Origin: Anaeramoeba ignava BMAN
Taxonomy: Eukaryota > Protista > Anaeramoebae
Length of the DNA stretch: 64,000 bases
Reading direction: 5' to 3'
Assembly (NCBI GenBank): GCA_028826165.1
Contig: JAPDFW010000136.1
Coordinates: 744,001-808,000, forward strand
Shown here: in pieces, positions 59,945 to 64,000 of the stretch
Layout: each line of letters begins with the position of its first letter
How positions within the stretch are numbered: position 1 is the stretch's first letter
Notes under the pieces: generated by a model
What the model was told of the DNA's origin: nothing
The model's input: only the letters and a program-made list of their open reading frames with translations
The model's database searches: none
Made by a program: the position numbers and the translations under genes

Positions 59945-60580
59945 TTTTATTATTAAAATAATACTTTTTAATTTAAAAATAATTATATTTTATTAATTAA
60001 TATTTTGATTTAATTTATATTTAAATTTTTAAATAGTTTTGAATTAATATTTAATTTGGAATTAAGTTTGAAATATATTTTTATTATTAATTTATTATTA
60101 AAATAATACTTTTTAATTTAAAAATAATTATATTTTATTTATTAATATTTTGATTTAATTTATATTTAAATTTTTAAATAATTTTGATTTAATATTTAAT
60201 TTGAAATTAAGTTTAAAATATATTTTTATTATTAATTTATTATTAAAATAATACTTTTTAATTTAAAAAATAATTATATTTTATCAATTAATATTTTGAT
60301 TTAATTTATATTTAAATTTTTAAATAGTTTTGAATTAATATTTAATTTGGAATTAAATTTAAAAATATATTTTTATTATTAAATTTATTATTGAAATAAT
60401 ACTTTTTAATTTAAAAATAATTATATTTTATTTATTAATATTTTGATTTAATTTATATTTAAATTTTTAAATAGTTTTGATTTAATATTTAATTTGGAAT
60501 TAAGTTTAAAATATATTTTTATTATTAAATTTATTATTGAAATAATATTTTTAATTTAAAAATAATTATATTTTATTAAT
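59945..60580. repeat. Satellite A (inverted copy), ~146-bp unit
   Basis: AATAATAC/TTTTT at ~59958, 60103, 60248, 60396 and 60541. Confidence 0.9.
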
Positions 60581-60746
60581 TAAAAATAAATAAATAATCA
60601 AGGCTCTTACGAAAAACTTTTCTTTCAAAGATATTACGAAAAAGTAAATAAAAGAAAAGAAAAATTTTTCCATTTTTCATTCTACAAATTTTTTTTTTAC
60701 TTTTTACTTTTTAAATTTTAAATTTTTAATTTTTAAACAAACAAAA

Positions 60747-61223
60747 ATGTCAATTAGTAAATATCCTTCTTTATTTTCTCCTTTTTGGTTTAATCCAATT
60801 AAAGAAGATTCATTTTCAATTTTTTGATAAAGATGAACCTTTATGGATTTCAAATTTGGAAAGAAAAACAAAATCATTTGCACAACTTGGGGAATAAAAG
60901 AAACAGAAAAAGAAATTCAAATTTCTGGAAAAATTCATATTCCAAAAGAATCAATTAATATTGAATTTGATAAAGAATCAAGAATGTTATCAATTTTTGG
61001 AGAACATGAAGTAAAAAAAGAAGAGAAAGAAGATGAAAAAGAAAAAAGAGTTAGATGTGAAAGAAGTTATTCAAGTTTCAAACAATCTTTTAAACTTCCA
61101 GAATTAGCTGAAATTGAAAAATCTGATGCTTCTTTTGAAGATGGATTTCTTTCAATAACAATTCCAAAAAAAGAAGAAGAGAAAAAAGAAGAAAAAACAA
61201 AATTATCAATTAATTTCAAATAA
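60747..61223 (+). CDS. HSP20, second copy (frameshifts in homopolymers in the 5' part)
   Basis: ATGTCAATTAGTAAATAT at 60747; from GIKETEKE onward the protein is identical to 18764-19237. Confidence 0.88.
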
Positions 61224-61489
61224 TTCCAAATAATTCCAAATTAATTCCTTTTTTTTCATTTTTTTTTTTCATTTTTTGATTTTTGAAAGAATAAAAAAAT
61301 TTCAAAATCCAATTTTTAATTTTTAAGTTTTAATTTAATAAATTTATTTAAAATATAAAATATAAATTAAAATTATTTAATTTTATTATTTAAAATTATT
61401 ATTAATTCTTTCATTTTTTTGAATAACAAAATCAAAAAAAAATTAAATTTAAAAAATAAAAATTTACAAGAGTTAGAATTAAAGAAATA

Positions 61490-62135
61490 ATATAAATTAA
61501 TTTAAAAATATAATTTAATATTTAATTTTATTTTTAAAATAATAATTTATTGTTTTAGATTTAAATATTTTATTATTTAAATATTTAACATATAAATATA
61601 AAAATAAGAATAAGTTTAATTTAATATTTAATTTTTATAAATTAATTTTTATAAAAATATAATTTAATATTTAATTTTATTAATAAAATAATAATTTAAT
61701 TTGTTTTAGATTTAAAAATATTTTTTATTATTTAAATATTTAACATATAAAAATATAAAAATAAGAATAAGTTTAATTTAATATTTAATTTATAAATTAA
61801 TTTAAAAATATAATTTAATATTTAATTTTTTTATTAAAAATAATAATTTAATGTTTTAGATTTAAATATTTTATTATTTAAATATTTAACATAAAAATAT
61901 AAAAATGGGAATAGATTTAATTTAATATTTAATTTATAAATTAATTTAAAAATATAATTTAATATTTAATTTTATTTTTAAAAATAATAATTTAATGTTT
62001 TAGATTTAAATATTTTATTATTTTAAATATTTAACATAAAAATATAAAAATAAGAATAGATTTAATTTAATATTTAATTTTATTATTAAAATAATAATTT
62101 ATTGTTTTAGATTTAAATATTTTATTATTTAAAAA
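61490..62135. repeat. Satellite B (inverted copy), about 4.5 units
   Basis: TTTTAGATTTAAA at ~61553, 61704, 61854, 61998 and 62106. Confidence 0.88.
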
Positions 62136-62532
62136 TATTTTGAAAATTGATTTTTGAAATTAAAATTTTATCTTTTTGAATTAAATTGAATTAATATTAA
62201 TTTAGAAATTTGTTTTTAAAATTTAAATTTATTAATAATTTTTAAATTCCAAAAATTAAATTAAAAATTAAAATAAAATAATTTTCCTTTTTAATAATAA
62301 AAATTAATAAAAATAATAATAATTTATTAATAAATTAATTTAAAATAATAAATTAAAAAGAAAATTAAATTAATTATTAATTTAAATTTATTCTCATTTT
62401 TATATTTTTATTTATTTTCAAAATTCACTTTTTATTTAAATTTTTATTTTTCATTTTTCATTTTTTTTTCATTTTTCCTTTTTAAAAACAAAACACAAAC
62501 AACAAAACAAAAAACAACAAACAAAAAACAAA

Positions 62533-64000
62533 ATGGATAACAATAATAATAACCAAATTGAAAATGCAAATCAAAATCAAAATGAAAATGAAATGAAAAA
62601 TTTAGAAAAAAAAGTAACAAAAAATTTAATTAAAGATTATTCAAACCTTTTAAATGGAAATTCATTTAAAGATTTTTCAATTTTTGTTGAGAATAAATCA
62701 AATCCTTTTGAAATTAAAGTTCATAAATCAATTTTATGTTCAAGATCTCCTTTTTTTAATGAGTTTTTAAAAGGGCAAAATGATCTTAATAAAATTTCTT
62801 TAAATCAATTTAATAAAAAAGAAATGGAATCAATTTTGGGTTATATTTATTATGGAAATATTTCTTTTGAGAATCAAGAAAATCTTATTCAATTATTAGA
62901 AATTTCAATTTATTTTAAATTAAATTTATTGAAAGAAATTATTCAAAAATTTTAAATTCAATTAATTATTCAAATTTTTTCCAATTTTTATTCCAAAATC
63001 GAAATTTAAATTCAAATGAAATTGAAATAAAATGTTTTGAATTAATAAATCAAAATTTTTCCCAAATTCAAAATAATGAGAATTTATTCAATTTAACTAA
63101 AGAAGAAATTATCAAATTTATTCAATTTAAACAAGAAAAAAAAGAAATTTTTCAATTTGATTTTTTTCAATTTTTAAATAATTGGATTAAAAAAAATGAA
63201 AAATTAAAAGGAAAAAAGGAAAATGAAAAGAAAAATGAATGAAAAAGAAAAGATTATTTCATTCTTTTTCATTATTTGATAAAGATTCAATTTCAAAACA
63301 AGATTTTGATAAATTAAAACAATTTGATTTTTTTCTTCCAAATTCTTTTTTAATTCATTTTGAAAGAACTATTTTTGAAATTCAAGATCAAACAAAAATC
63401 AAAGAGAAAGAAAAGAAAATTAAAAGAAGAGATAAAAGAATCAAATCATTTGAATCAGAGATTCGAAATTTGAAATCTGAAAATAAGAAGAAAGAAAAGG
63501 AAATTGAAGAGAAATGGAAGAAAGAAATTGAAAACAAAGAGAAAGAAAATCAACAAATGAAAATTGAAATTGAAGATAAATGGAAGAAAGAAGTTGAGGA
63601 TTTGAAATCCAAATTTGAATTAATGGAATTTCAAAAGAATTTTCTTCAATTTTCAGATTCCGAAATTATTAAAGATATTGAATATGTTAAGAAATTACAA
63701 GAATGGATAAATGATAATGATTTTTTTTCTAAAATGAAAAAAGGATTTTCAGCAAAAAGAGATGGATTTAATTCTCAAAATTGGCATAAAGCAGTTGATG
63801 AAAAAGGAAAAACATTAGTTATTATCAAAACAAAAGATAATTTTATTTTTGGAGGTTTTACTCAAGTTGGATTTAAATATGCACAAAATGGAGAATTTAG
63901 TAATGATTCAAATGCATTTATTTTTTCATTAAGAAATGATAAAGGGGATAGAATACCTGCAAAGTTTACAATTAAACAAGGAGAAGAACAAAATGCAATT
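62533..64000 (+). CDS. BTB-coiled coil-TLDc protein, second copy (frameshifts; runs off window end)
   Basis: BTB nearly identical to 16972 copy; TLDc GFSAKRDGFNSQNWHKAVDEKGKTLVIIKT..FIFGGFTQVG..AFIFSLRN. Confidence 0.87.

Overview
Very AT-rich, intron-containing eukaryotic (protist) DNA read with the standard genetic code. The nuclear intein, the large BTB/RCC1 expansions and a TCATTT initiator-like motif suggest an anaerobic metamonad such as Anaeramoeba (inference, not verified). The window has two compartments. (1) A central housekeeping block (~23.8-55.3 kb): an MROH/maestro HEAT-repeat gene carrying a 440-aa in-frame intein with a degenerate LAGLIDADG region, a LisH-WD40 gene, a RING-TRAF gene, a 7TM gene, a divergent actin, TRAPPC13, LAMTOR2, an enolase-superfamily dipeptide epimerase, a UTP4/UTP25/U14-snoRNA cluster, COG5 and a CS-SEL1-tail-anchored protein resembling Tom36/ATOM69. 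(2) Flanking, inversely oriented copies of an accessory cassette: RCC1-BTB, actin relic, ~146-bp satellite, HSP20, ~144-bp satellite, BTB-TLDc (followed in the left copy by a ~145-bp satellite). The RCC1 propellers are hypervariable at short loop positions on a nearly invariant scaffold. The left cassette carries a 980-bp TTAA-flanked TIR transposon whose empty site is visible in the right copy. A BTB-fused BEACH gene occupies 1.3-11.6 kb. Many single-base frameshifts fall in homopolymers and are probably long-read errors. Exon boundaries were read by eye and are approximate.
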